A stretch of DNA of 64,000 nt, from the NCBI GenBank assembly GCA_013265495.1, contig MU058718.1, forward strand, positions 4,722,404 through 4,786,403, in the 5' to 3' direction. Source of the DNA: Vicugna vicugna. Lineage: Eukaryota. Position 1 is the stretch's first letter. Every line of letters begins with the position of its first letter. Shown in pieces: positions 13,508-26,195 of the stretch. The translations under genes and the position numbers were made by a program. The notes below the pieces were generated by a model. It did not search any database. It saw only the letters and a program-made list of their open reading frames with translations, and was not told the DNA's origin.

Positions 13508-14934
13508 CCACATGTTTATTTTTAACAGTTCTTTGGAGACAGGAGGTGAATTCCCAGCAGTGACTCTGACCCTGGCAGTGGGAATTTCTGCCCCACGGTA
13601 GTTAGACACAGGGATATTTTTGATCAGGTAGTCCTTTCCCGCGCCTTCCAAAGCCTTTGAGAAGGCCTTTATCCTTCACCGTTGACCGCGGATAAAGCCT
13701 GCAGGGACTACTGGTGTTTCTCCTATGTTTACTGAAGGACGAATCTCAGAGTACATTAACTTGTAAGAAATGCATAATAAGGCAGGCATGCAGTGGTTAT
13801 TAACTTGTTTCAAAGGCAATTTAAGAAAGCTCAAGTCTGATTAAATGATACAGAAATGATGTTTCTGAAGAAAAGATCTCAGTTCATTAATTTTTAAAAT
13901 TTGCTCCCCTCCCCCACCTTTTAAACTGCAGTGCTTTATGTTATTCTGTTATTTATTTATTTTTCCAAAAAGCTGTTTTGAAGTCTCTGAATTTTCCTCC
14001 TGGGTACATTTCACTCCTACTTCAGTCCCTCAACACCATTATTCAAATGTTCAGTATTTAGAATCACTAAATGTCTTTCCTGGGATTAGAACTTTTATTC
14101 CCGATTATCTAATGAATGCAAATCAAATATTTATCATGTGATTGTGATTAAAAAATATAAACCCCCAAAGATGTTTTGTTGAAGCAACTCTTCCTGAAAA
14201 ATATTCTTGTGTTTTTTTAACTGTTACTGAACAATTGGGAAGTGCATCTTTTGATATTAATATTGATAAAATTAAATCTTGATAAATATTTTAAAAGCAT
14301 GATTTCTCATTAAATCCCAGGAAGCTATTTAAGTGTATCAAGAGTTCTTCATTTTAAGTGACTTGAGGCAAAGTCACCTGTTTGGGGGCTCACTGGGAAT
14401 CAGAAAGGGTGCTCTTGAAACACACAGCCCCCGATGTCACCTTACGACACACAGCGGTTTTCGAAATGAGCTCGGGCGAACACAAGCAGTGGCTACACCA
14501 CCTTGAAGCAAAGTGGAATGTTTGTCTGTATTATTTAGGATAAAAGACATCCTCTCAATGAAAAGAATTTGAGGGAGATATTTGTCAAGATTAGTTATAG
14601 CACATTGATCTGAGTGCTCAGGAAAGATGGGGAGACTCAGAGGTTCGGAGGTTTAGAGTGTGATCCAGGAGCTGCCTTAGCTTTATGTGGCTTCTTGGGG
14701 GCTCTCGGAGAAAACAAAGGTGAGTGCATTCAGGTTTAGGTGAAGTCTTGGAGAAAACCAAGGAGCAGAATGGACGTTGAAAGGGAGGTGTATAAGGGTA
14801 AGTGTGGTGCATATTTGCTGGAAAGAAGGGAGGAGAAGTGAAGCTATGGGAGGGAAGGAGGCACTGAGGCTTTGAGGCACAGAGATGACCCCACTTCTGA
14901 GCTCTGGGCTAAGCATTCCACAGCAAGCCACATT

Positions 14935-15090
14935 CCATCTCACAGCATCCCCAAGAGGCAGGTGTTAGCACCCCAACTCACATGTGGGGAAACTAGGACA
15001 CAAGGAGAGGTTAAAAGCTGCTTGAGGTCACAGAGCTAGAATGTTTCAGAATTAGAATTCTGACTCAAGCTTTAAAGGCCCTATTCTGTA
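14935..15090 (-). mobile_element. MIR SINE
   Basis: ATGTGGGGAAACTAGGACACAAGGAGAGGTTAAAAGCTGCTTGAGGTCACAGAGCTAG. Confidence 0.7.
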
Positions 15091-15819
15091 GCCCAGGAGT
15101 TTACATCCATGATTCTGCTGATTCATGATGCAAAGGTACCGGAGAGGTTTCCTTTCCTTAAGTTGCGTACCTCTCTGAAGGATGATTTTTCTCTCTGACC
15201 TATTTATCCCTTGAGATACTCATGCACAGTGACCACGTCTCCCCATAGATGGGCTGTTCACTGGACGTTATCCTGATTTCTTTTCATCATGATACCGGTT
15301 TTAGCCCAGCTGGCCTGTGTCACTCCTCATTTAGATTCCAGAGAGAGGAGGTATCTGGCTTTTGGCAGCCCCAGCTTGGTAGAACCTCTGAGTGGCTTCT
15401 GGAGAGAGATGACCTCAGGGACATCAGCCATTCTCCCTGAGGTCCAGGGAAGGTGGAGTGTGGAGGTCCAGCTCACGTTATTCTGTGATTAGCTCTGACT
15501 TCTGCAACTGCTTTCTCTCCATGCTGCTGCTTCCTGCATCAGGCAGGAGCCGTGGAAAGCCAGCTTGCACCTGTGGCTCTTGATGGGGTGAGTCTCTCCA
15601 TGAGGTGAGCCAAGGCAGTTCCACCAGGCTGCAAGGTAGCTGTGGGTTCCCTACCACCACCGATGTTCTGTTTGGGATACCATTTGGAAAAGGCCACTAG
15701 GGTGTGAACATCTCTAGAGATGTACGTGTTCTCCCAGGTGGGATGGTTTCAATGCCGTGGTTGCCACCACTTTACCATAGGCATTCTGTCCTTTCTAAGA
15801 GCTAACATTGTGGACTTCA

Positions 15820-15968
15820 GTCTTTGTGGTTATAGACTCGCAGTGGAAATGAGGACTCAGGGACTGAGTTTTGTATTTGTATCCACAGTGTCTGGGTCAT
15901 TGTCAGGTATGTGCAGGAGTCAGAGAGAATACTAAATATTTGTTGAATGAACGAATCATTAGTGAATG
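15820..15968 (+). mobile_element. L2 3' end
   Basis: Ends TAAATATTTGTTGAATGAACGAAT, the characteristic L2 terminus. Confidence 0.7.
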
Positions 15969-15974
15969 GCAAGC

Positions 15975-16345
15975 ACCATTTGCTGGGATTTATTAAGAAG
16001 TGTTCTTGACAAAAGTCTTGTAAGGAAAAGTGGGGAAGTTGTACAAGGAAAAGAAGGAAACCAAGCAAGCAAGATCCCACGGAGGCCAACTTTGGATCAA
16101 TCCCATGGAAGAGCCCTTGAGATAGCATTAATCACACACTGGAGTTGTCCATATCAGTGGTGAGGGCACTGAGGTATTGATACCCTGCATCAGTGATGAA
16201 GAGCTGCCCCAGGTCATAAATTCTCCTGCTCTCCAGGTCTTGGGTTGTGATGGTGGCGCTGCTCCTGCAGTGTGAGGGCAGCCTGCTGACAAAAAGGTAC
16301 AGTCACTGGCTGCTGGGAGTGAGTGCATTAGGGTCTGACATATGC
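15975..16345 (-). mobile_element. ERVL-class LTR (LTR33-like)
   Basis: GATTTATTAAGAAGTG (antisense polyA signal), purine-rich tract, CCAAGCAAG...ATCCCATGG..GAGC. Confidence 0.55.
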
Positions 16346-16351
16346 ACAAAA

Positions 16352-16498
16352 GCCTCGATACTTAAAGTGTGGCCCATGGACTAGCAAGACCAGCACCACC
16401 TGGAAGTGTGTTCAAAATGCAGAGCTTCAAGCTCCACCCTGGAATTGTGAAATCTTGAGATACCATATACCACAGTGAAGTCTGAAAAGTGCTATACT
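16352..16498. mobile_element. MER5A-like hAT-Charlie DNA transposon
   Basis: AAAGTGTGGCCCATGGACTAGC...CAGCACCACCTGG...AATGCAGA...AAGTCTGAAAAGTGCT. Confidence 0.65.
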
Positions 16499-16804
16499 AA
16501 TGGGATCCGAGAGACTGGGTGGAGTGCTGACATTGGCTGGACAGGGTTAGGCTTCGCAATTCTCCAAACTGAGAAATTCCCTGCCAACTGCTTCCTGAGG
16601 GGAGAAAACATGCTCAGCACGTGCCTCTTCCCAGGGGCAGCAGCAGTAGAGGAGGGGCTGATGGCTTCAAAATCCACCCACCCAGCAACTAGCACAACAA
16701 AATTCTTGTCCTTGAATTGCAGACACTGGGAAATCAGTGTTCAGGTCTCTAGGAAGCAGAATGCTAATGTGTGTATTGAGTTTTGCCTGTACAAGGACCA
16801 TAAA

Positions 16805-16990
16805 CTCTACAAAATGTAACCTGTTCAGTCCTCATAATAATCTTGAGGTGGATAATTTTGTAATGACCACTTCCACTTTATAGATAAGAAAGTAAAAATA
16901 CAGAGAAGAAACTTGCTCTAGTCACCTAGCATGTGGTAGAATTTGGAATCAAATTTAGGTTCTCTGGCACTAAAGTCCTTTTTTTGGCCA
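16805..16990 (-). mobile_element. MIR SINE
   Basis: CCACTTTATAGATAAGAAA...ACTTGCTCTAGTCACCTAGC...GGAATCAAATTTAGG. Confidence 0.6.
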
Positions 16991-17274
16991 CTGATCTTGG
17001 AGAAGGTAGGGAGCTGACAGTGACTGCTCCTAGAATCCTCAAAGTCACATACCTTGGCTGCCTATGGACAGAGTCAGTCTTGAATTTTACTATTTATTCC
17101 CTTCAAATGGCTTAATTTCAGAAGATATTGCTTCCCTTTTAAATAGTCTCAAAAGTTCTTTTTTGGGGGTTTTATTTTATTTTTTTAAAATTTATGTACT
17201 TAAAAAATTGAAGTACAGTGGATTTCCAGTGTTATATTCAATAACTTGTAATAACCTATAATGAAAAAGAATAT

Positions 17275-17517
17275 GGGAAAGGATAAATTGGGAGTTTGAG
17301 GTTTGCAAATATCAGCTATAAAATAGAGAATCAAGCAGTTTCTTCTGTACAGCACAAAGAACTTACTCTTATATCTTATAGTAACCTTATATCTTGTAGT
17401 AACCTATCTTGAAAGAGAATATGAAAGTGAGTATATGTATGTACATGTGTGACTGAAACATTATGCTGTCCACCAGAAGTTGACACAACATTGTAAACTG
17501 AATATCCTTCAATTAAA
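17275..17517 (+). mobile_element. Young L1 3' end nested in a small older L1 remnant (17161-17531)
   Basis: GGATAAATTGGGAGTTTGAG...ACATTGTAAACTGAATATCCTTCAATTAAAAAA; TSD AAAAAGAATAT (17264-17274) / AAAAAGAACAT (17518-17528). Confidence 0.85.
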
Positions 17518-19039
17518 AAAAAGAACATTAGAAGTTCTTGAGATGGAAAATCATTCAAGGCTGAGGCGACAATGACACTCTTGTTGCTGGAGCCTCTCCG
17601 TGCTGGACTGAGAGGTGAGGCTCATGTGTCCATTGGGTCAGGTGCCTGTGGGCAGAAATGACCTGGCTCCAAGCCTTGGAGACTCCCAGGGGAGTCTGTT
17701 AGCGGAGGGTACAAGTGCTAGTAGAGAGGTGGGCTCCTGTCCTCACTCTTCCTTCCAGAGCTCAAACACAGCTCCCCCAGGTACTCCCCCAAAGGCACAG
17801 CATTCTTCAACACACTGCGGGAAAGGCTCCCTGAGTGTGGAGGCAGGAGCCATTTCCACATGGCCGAGGCGGCTTGCCCCTGGCCTGGGTAGTTCTGCGC
17901 CTAAATGGGAAACACAGGTAAAGAGAGTGAAGCACTGTCCCGCTGCACACGCTGATAGGGGCGGGGATGGGAGCCTCTCCTGTCACCTTGGTTTAATGAA
18001 GGGTGACTAGAGGAGGACTTTCTTCAAGGAAATGCCATGAGTGTCTAAGGGATTTTTGAAGCAGGTGGCTCACCTGCAGCGTAAGGAGGATGACTTTGTT
18101 CCATTGAGCAAATAGGCAAGGAGATGAAGAGCAGTGGTGACTTTTAATTTCACTTGAAGGAGTTATGGACAGCAACATGGTGATGATTCCTGAGAGGCAG
18201 CAACGAGCCAGCAGACTCACTGTTAATGTCAGGGACTTTTGCTTGTATTTAAATCTTACGAGTTGCCTCTGTTCTCCGACTGATGGTTTGCGCAGTCTAG
18301 ATCCCATTCCCTTGCCTCCGTTCTACCGCGAGGAAGATGGAATTATTTCCATTCCTAGGGATCTGGTGATTCATGGGGTTCACCTCAGGACAGAAATGGA
18401 GAGCGGTCCTTCAGCAACATTTTCTGAGCCTTGCAAAACTGGTGGGATGTGGTCCGTGATCTGGAGGTGCTCCCAGCCCAGGCTTGCCCACTTGTTTTTG
18501 AAGACAGAGAGCAAGCTAATTTTAATTTGTATTTTCTCTCAGTTAAATTTTTGTTGCTTGGCTTAAGGATCCATCCTGCTGCTGAAAATCTGTGCTTTCT
18601 TTTTTCCCATTGTCTTGCACTGTGTACATCTTCTTTAGCAACTGTGAAAATCCCAGTGATGCCTCTAACTCTTCTCCTTGAATGGGGGGAAAAGGCTTTA
18701 CTGCCCACTGAGTTTTCTGTTAGCAGAATAACTCGCTCAACTGTTTTCTCCAGTCTCCTCTGGAGGGAAAGGCAAGTGTAAAGGCTTTGGTTGTAAAGGC
18801 TATATTCTTCCCCAAGGGCCTGCCTGGGAAGGATGTTGTTCCTAGTTTTCTTGAATTCCTAGGTTGCTTGACTTGGAATAATGCTATGAATTCATGTAAG
18901 CCTGGGCACCTGGCTCTCCAGGCACTTTTCCTTTTTTCCATAATGAATTTTCTCCCCACAACTAAGTCGTTGGTGAGAGTGAATGAGCCTGTCACACAAA
19001 TTCCCGAGGCCTTTCAGTTGTGGGCTCTCCAGCTCTTAT

Positions 19040-19527
19040 TTCCCGCATCAAAGTCCAATGAGGAAAACAGAAACCACTCTACGTATTTCAAATAAGGTGA
19101 ATTGAATACAAGGTATTGGTTACTATGGGTTAGGGAAGAGATGAGTAGTCAAGTAGAGGAGAGTTGGTATTCTAGGGGTTAGAAACAACAAGGAGCTGCA
19201 TTACCCTTACAGGGAGAAACAAAGGGAGAAGCTGGTGTTACTGGAGCCCGTGGATTGGGGTCACACATATCCGTCTGTCCAGTGTGAGCTGGGATCAGGG
19301 AAAAAACACAGCCTCTGCTGGAGATGCTACTTGAGACAGACAGGGAGTGGGAGACCTGCTCTGGTTTCTCCCTTCCTCCTGCCTTCCAGTCTCTTTCTAG
19401 TGCTCTTGGTGGCCAAACCCAGTTGGAAGCCAGCGGATGGGGGAGCATGGGAAACAGCCGACAGGGGCTGGTCCCTCTGCATTAGAGGAGAACAGAGGAA
19501 GGCTGGGAAGGATTTAGGAGCAAATGG
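19040..19527 (-). mobile_element. Ancient ERVL-class solo LTR (LTR41/LTR79-like)
   Basis: AGGAAAACAGAAACCACTCTACGTATTTCAAA...GGTATTGGTTAC and TGGCCAAACCCAGTTGGAAGCCAG motifs. Confidence 0.55.
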
Positions 19528-21802
19528 GCCCAGGGTCGGCCCACCTGGGGCACAGCACCAACACGGGTCTTGCCCACAGGGTTTCCCCAAAGTCCCTGAG
19601 CAGTGCCAGCCCTCTGGATTATGGTGTGCACTTGGTTGTATGTGTTTGGGAACCCGACATAAACGACTGTGTGAGATCCTCCTCGTTACTTGTTTGGAGA
19701 AGTTGCAGAGTCTGTCACCTCCCCGATCACCTTTCATGTTCTTTTTCCTATTTAGTCTTGTTTTCCATGCCACCTCCACATCTTCCTGCTAACTCTGGAC
19801 TCAGACTTCCTACTAACCAGCTCAGAGTTGATCTCCCAATCTGCAGAGGGTTCAATTTCATCCTAACTAATTTGGCCCTGATTCCTCTGCTCTCCCTCAC
19901 CCCCTCCTTGGTCATTAGGAATCATTTTCTTTGATAAGGTAATTGAGATGCTGGGCATAATGTATCAGCTAACATGGCTATATAAGGATTTCATATTAAT
20001 GAAGACACAGCGGTAAAGCTGTGATTCCAGTTCCTGTTAAATATAAATGCATCCACTGCATTGACACTGACTGGCAGTAAACTACCATTCATTAAACTCA
20101 CCAAGCTTATATTATTCTCCATAGAGACAGCTGGAAAATTATCCTTGGGTGCCACAACACTAATTTTAATTTTAAAGAAATGAACCATGAACTGCTGAAA
20201 ATAATAATTCTCAATGATGACACCTGAGAGGCTGTTGTGGGTATCAACCAATATATTAATTTTATCTCTAGTTTCCAAGCTGCAGAAACCCTCTTGTGCT
20301 AGTTACAGAAAAAATGTGTTAAGGCACGGCCCATACACCTGTATATACTTGTAAAGCCTCTCCACTTTGCTGAAGAAGTCATTGCTCATCCTTTAGAGGG
20401 TCTTCCTGTTTGGAATTGTAGGGAGTTGACCAGGTAGCCGTCTTTCTGATAAGTGTATTACAATAACATTGCTAACATTCTTGTTTTAGGAGAACCGTAT
20501 TTTAAAAAGATGCCATTCCTATTTAGAAAACTGTGTTTCTCTTTTTTTCTTTTGGTTGATTCGAGCAGCTGCTCTTTGAGACTGAAAGAATCTGTTTTGC
20601 AACCCAAGTGAATATTCTACAATACACTACTACCAAGCGATATCCATGGCTAGGCTCTGAACTAGTTAGAGATACAACAGCTGAAAAGAAACCCACTTCT
20701 GAATTCCAAAGGAAAAACGAGTCAGCGTTACATTTTGATTTCAACTTATCACCGTCAACATCAGCACCCATTTTGCCTCTCTGTTTATAAATTTTCTCAG
20801 TTTTGCCTTTTTCATTCAGGCTCACTTAACATGTTGGTGTGGTTTCTTTAGTTATCCTCGTCGTATTAAACCCCAGTTCCCGTTTCTATAGCTCCCTGTT
20901 TAATTGCACCATAAATTACAAGATGGATCTTATGAGGAAGCCTGTGTAAGCCCTGAACGTGAGAGACTGGCTCTACATGGTTGCAGTTTTGTGCACACCA
21001 TGTGTTTGAAAATCTAATAATCGAATCCCCTCATGCTGAAGGAGAAGAAACTGCAGTTACTTGTTCTTAATTATTTAAATTTCAGTCTTTTCCCATCTTG
21101 GAAGCACTCCCATGGGATTAGCGGTTGACCTACCAAGGAGAAGATTTATTTTATCACGAAGATCTGGTGGTTTACTCAGAAGCAAGTGGCCACTGGAGAT
21201 TTGGAAGAGTTTAGTAAGACGCTGTCCTTTGAAATCAGTGCTTTCCTCCTCCTGCTTCCCTGCAAGGTTGCTTTGAGGAGATGGGATTTTGCATGGAAAG
21301 TCTGATTTGCTTCAGGAAGCATGACTTTGCATCTGTAGATAATCTTACAAGAGTTCCTTTGATTGCTCTTTATTCAGCCCTGCAAATAGTTCCAGAAACC
21401 TAACTTGTTTTCTTCTCATATCAGGAGGCCAAAATCTAGGCCAATGCCCAAGATAACCATTCCTAAAAATTTCCCTCTAAACACAATTTTTATATCTTTG
21501 CTTGAAAGCACATTTTTAAGAAAAGCTAAACCAGACAAAAAGAGAAATATATTATTAGCATGCAAACTCAGTTCAAATCTCTCATGCTTTGTTTCCTTTA
21601 GATTCCATAGGTCAGAGTTTTAAAATTATTATTTTACAAGTTTCTTGAGGATATGAAGAGTCTAACAATTAATATCCTCTCTAGCACTCAGGACAGTTCT
21701 GGGTATAGAATGGGCCTTGAATATGTTGATTAACTAATTGGACCTGATTTCATTGTGATGATGCAGATTAGTGAGAGTGCCTTGTTCTTGGAGATTAGGA
21801 TT

Positions 21803-22050
21803 CTGTTGGTTAGGGTGCTACATTTTGCAAGTAAGAAAAGATCCAACTCAGGTTAGCTTAAAGAATAATGAGGCTTTTATCAGCTCCTGTACCTGAAAAG
21901 GCCTAAGCCAGCTGTGAGGGGTGGGGCGGCGGCAGGGGAGCTCCAGCTCTGAGATTCTCTCGGCTCTGTTTCCAGTTGGTCTTGTAAGAGGGCGGCCAGC
22001 CTCCCCTGGGACTACAGGAAGAGAGAGAAAGCTCTACTTCCTGGAGTCCT
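21803..22050 (-). mobile_element. Old MaLR LTR fragment (MLT1J/K-like)
   Basis: TTGCAAGTAAGAAAAGATCCAACTCAGGTTAGCTTAAA. Confidence 0.55.
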
Positions 22051-22064
22051 GAGTTCACCCAAGT

Positions 22065-22181
22065 CTTCACCCCCAGAGACTCAGTTTCACTTGATCTTAG
22101 GTGAGGCTAAGGAGTTGATATGCTTGAAGGGCTCCCCAGTTGACTCTAATGTGCAACCAAGGCTGAGAACCACCATTCTAG
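22065..22181. mobile_element. MER5A-like hAT fragment
   Basis: GCTCCCCAGTTGACTCTAATGTGCAACCAAGGCTGAGAACCACC terminus. Confidence 0.75.
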
Positions 22182-22407
22182 TATGCGTATATACCCGAGT
22201 CAAGGTGGCTTAATGAGGTTTTTGTCTCCTTGGAATTTGAACATTGAAATATTCAGAAACTGAGTCTTGTTGGGATTGAGACATGCTGATGATAGGTCTG
22301 CAGAGAGGATCTCTTACTGTCCTGTTGAGGTTTCTGGATTTACTGTGGTGCTTACTTTTCTCAATTCTTGGCCTTCAATTCACTTTTTGATTCTGTGAGA
22401 CACCCTA

Positions 22408-22582
22408 GTTTTCTTCCTCCCTCCATCTCTCCCGCCCTTCCTTCCTTCCTTCATTCCTTCCACCCATCTGTCTATCCATTCATTATCCACCCATCCATTA
22501 TCCATTCACTCATCTACCTATCCATCTATTCATTCATTATCCATCCATCCATCCACCCATCCACCCTTCAAACATTTATCCA
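22408..22582. repeat. Degenerate (CCTT)n/(CCAT)n simple repeat
   Basis: Directly visible tetranucleotide array. Confidence 0.9.
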
Positions 22583-22834
22583 GTATCTAGCTAGTTGCTC
22601 TCTCTTTCCCAGATTTCATGTAAGGAATCTACGACAGTGGTTTAAAAGTCTGACTTGGGTAAAAAATTTTATAGCCTGCTGTTCCCACTCTTGTCTCGGT
22701 TAACCCAAATACTTTCTCATTCTTCTGTCTGACTTTCTTCAGTTTGAAAAAAAAAAGACATTGCTTGTTTTATGTTGCACTGTGTCCTCCTCTTGTCCAA
22801 TTTCTTGCCTGCCAGAGTGTTAGCCACCCCAAAT

Positions 22835-23175
22835 CTGGAGACAGTTTGGTGAAGTGGTTACCTGCGTGGGCTCTTGAGCCAGTCTGTGTAGGTTTGACTG
22901 TATCTCCTCTTACAAGATACCTAGTTTTTTGTTTGTTTCTTTCATTTCAACTTTATTGAGGTATAATTGTATTGCTGTATGACATTGTAAGATATTTAAA
23001 GTGTACACCATGATGATTTGATATAGGTATACACTGTACCTGGTTTCTTTTTTAAAATGGTGATCATAAAATTGCTTCTAACTCATAAGGTGGTTGTGAC
23101 AATTAAATGAGATAACCCGTGTAAATCATCCAGCATCTTTTCAAGGTAAATATTCAGTGAGTAAGAGCAACTGTT
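22835..23175 (+). mobile_element. MIR interrupted by a short minus-strand L1 3' end (22928-23036)
   Basis: MIR halves on both sides; TSD TACCTAGTTT (22918-22927) / TACCTGGTTT (23037-23046). Confidence 0.7.
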
Positions 23176-23202
23176 GGTCTCATCATCAAGTGTTCTGTTC
23201 CT

Positions 23203-23367
23203 CAGAGCACGTATATCTATTCTTTCTGTAAAGGGTCCAGTGCAGCACAAAAGCAGCCACAGACAATACGTAAGCAAATGGGTGTGGCTTTGTCCCATAA
23301 GAACTTACACAGAAGTAGGTGGTGACTGGCTATGGCCCGTGAGCCATGGTTCGCCAGCCTCTGCTTT
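23203..23367. mobile_element. MER58A-like hAT-Charlie element
   Basis: TTTCTGTAAAGGGTCCAG...AAAGCAGCCACAGACAATACGTAAGCAAATGGGTGTGGCT...GCCAGCCTCTG. Confidence 0.8.
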
Positions 23368-26014
23368 GGAGCGACAGGGGCTACAGGTGCGAAATAATAC
23401 AGTTGTGGAGGAAGGCTTCTACTCCGGAGAGGGGTGGTTTATTGAAACCTATAAGAAAACTTCTATTATTTTCAAGAACCAATAAAATTCTGGGAAGAGG
23501 AAGGATGGGTCAGGACTCCAGTCTTGGCAGGACTTTAGGCCATAAAACATAGGCTTCATCATTATCAACACACATTTATTGCTTGTACCACGTCAGCCGG
23601 TGGGGAGGGGAAGGTCTAGAGGACCCAGTGCTCCCTGGGAGGGGCTGTGCATCTTTCCCCCTCGATATACTTCTTGTCACAGGTGTGGATTCTAATGTCA
23701 GTGGTGAAATTAGGATTCCTGGGACAGTAGAACCAAAGTTTCCTTGTGGGAAATCATTTTATGAGGATAAACATTTCTCCTTCGAAGTGCTTGTTTAACC
23801 ATGTGGAAGCTACCCCGGAGCTGTGCCTAGAAAGGAATTCTTTAAGGACCTTCCTGCATGTAGTTATAGTTTCATTTTTCAGTGCAGTGGAGCAAGGCTG
23901 TGAAAGTTTACTCTGCATTTAGAGGGGAAAAATGTGACACCTCGCTGTCCCATTTATCAGGAGCTTGGCACTTTTGTGGGCAGAAAGGAGACTTGTAAAG
24001 AAGACAAATAAAACCACTGGGAACAATAGTGATTCACTCCCAGAGAGCTCCTTGCTCAGCCGTATCCTCTCATTACCTGGAGTGTAAAATCAGTACCATT
24101 CCCCACAAAACAAGAAAACCTACATTGAAATCCCGAAGTGAGGCAGAAGGAGAGACCCTTGAGGGATAGAAACAGGGGAAGAGAGAACCAGGGAAATCAG
24201 ACAGAATGAGTAAGAATTCTTTCCATTGTCCCAGCCGTCTTCTGCCACAGATGGAGAGAGACAAGGAGAGAGAGAGAAAGGAGATGCTATTGGCCTTTAG
24301 AGGTGGGATAAAACAGGGCATGGTTTGTTGTGACACTTGAAACTAATTTTCATCATTTACGGCCTCATCTTACTGGGCTGCAGTTTATTTTGCTACCTGG
24401 TGTCTCAGAGAGAGATGCACAGACAGTTAACGGCCCTAGGATGGCATCTCCAGTGGGCTCACGTACTCATTCATCCTGTTTAAAAAGCTAGCTCATTGGT
24501 AACATAATGGTCCCCCGGGGCCCTAAAGTTCATAGAATAATATTTATTGGCTATTCATAGCTCATGTTTCTCTCTGGTCAGCAAGTACATTTCTTAAGGA
24601 AAATGCATAGGATTGAAACTTAAAATACCTTTTGCTTCTCTAGCAGCAGGCGAGAACCAGGGATGTGTGTGTGCTGCTTTCAAATCAGGGACTTCAACAA
24701 AAACCTTACTTGTGTGAGGGGGAGGGCTATACTGTTTGTTTCAAATTTTCTTTCTTCTCCTGTGACTTCGTTTATGGAAGAAAATGTGCTGTTTTGCTTT
24801 AGCCAATAGAAATTTATCGGTTTTTTCCCTCCTTATAGGTCTTAAAATTTAACATGAGCTAGCCTTTGAGGTTTTGCATTTGGAAAGGGTAGCAGCTGGG
24901 GTGATGAGAATTTTCTCCAGGGGAAGTGGGGAGAAATCTGAGATAATAAGCATTGCTTTGTTTTGCAGATATACTTTGGGAGTTTTAAAAAAGCTTTTGA
25001 GGAAAACTTTTGGACTGACAATTTTCAAGGTCAGAAAATTCGGTTTACTCATGGAATAGACCGGCCATAATTTCACAGGTTCATAGACCATAGGACTTGA
25101 AAGACATTTCCTTAAACTGAAAAGAAGCTAAGCCTCAGTCAATAAAGGATTTCAGGACAAATTGATGGCGGTATTTCCTTGGGCTCCAGACTTTACTTCT
25201 GTTACAGCCACATCCCACTTTTGATTCTAAAGTGTGTTGAGGTCTGATTTTTCAGATTGGAATGAATTAAAAGAGAGCTACTGAATAACTCACTTGGCTC
25301 CTTGTGCGGCATTGCCTGTAGTCTGTGCCTTGGGATGTGTCAGGGCCATTTCTGTGATGGGGTAAGAGGATAAAGCACCTGGATGGAAATACGTTTTCAC
25401 GGACACCGTTTGTAGACAGAAGCCAAACTCACATGCTCGTCTGAGGCTAGAATGGCTGCACTTGGCTGGAATCGATGCCATGCGCTGAGTTACACACCCT
25501 CTCAGAAAGGAGTGCGAGCGGAGAGACCAGGAGTGTTTTCACACTTAGAGAAATGGTCTAAAAGCTCGTGGGAATGAGAAAGTAAACCAAAGCAGGTCTG
25601 AATCGCCTCTTCTCTAGGGACTCAGAATATTTCAAATTTCCGCTGTGAGCTGTGCTGCTCATTAGACTGCTGCGGAATGTCCATTCAGGGTACGCACTTC
25701 ATCAACAGCGAAATGAAGATCGGAGCTTTCACTGTCTGCCTTTCATTATCCCCATGGACCTTTCTGGGAGATGTTTATCTCTTCCTGGAAATGAAAGTCA
25801 CACTGCCTGCTTCACAATTAACCCCTTGAGTGTCGTGTAAAATGTGGGACTCAACTCCTTGGCTCTGGAAATCAGAGTTTGTCCTAAGGACACCTTGAAC
25901 TGAGCAATAAACTGTTCATTGATTCTGAATCAACAAGAAAGTACAAACATGAGCCTGGTTACAAAAGGGGTCGGCAAACCAAATGAATCTCTCTTTCTGC
26001 CTGCCTGCCTGCCT

Positions 26015-26195
26015 TCCTTTCTGTTGAAGTATGGTCGATTTACAATGTTATGTTAATTTCTGGTGTTCCACATAGTGTTTCAGTTATACATATTTATTCC
26101 TTCTCAGATTCTTTTTCATCATAGGCCATTACAGGGTATTGAACACAATTCCTGGTGCTATACAGTGGGACCTTGTGGTTTCTCTATTTTATACT
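26015..26195 (-). mobile_element. L1 3' end fragment
   Basis: TTGAAGTATGGTCGATTTACAATGTT...TGCTATACAGTGGGACCTTG. Confidence 0.85.

Noticed and set aside
17615..19934. Cluster of 100-185-aa ORFs on both strands
   Set aside because: Mutually overlapping, partly LTR-derived, no homology I recognise; expected by chance
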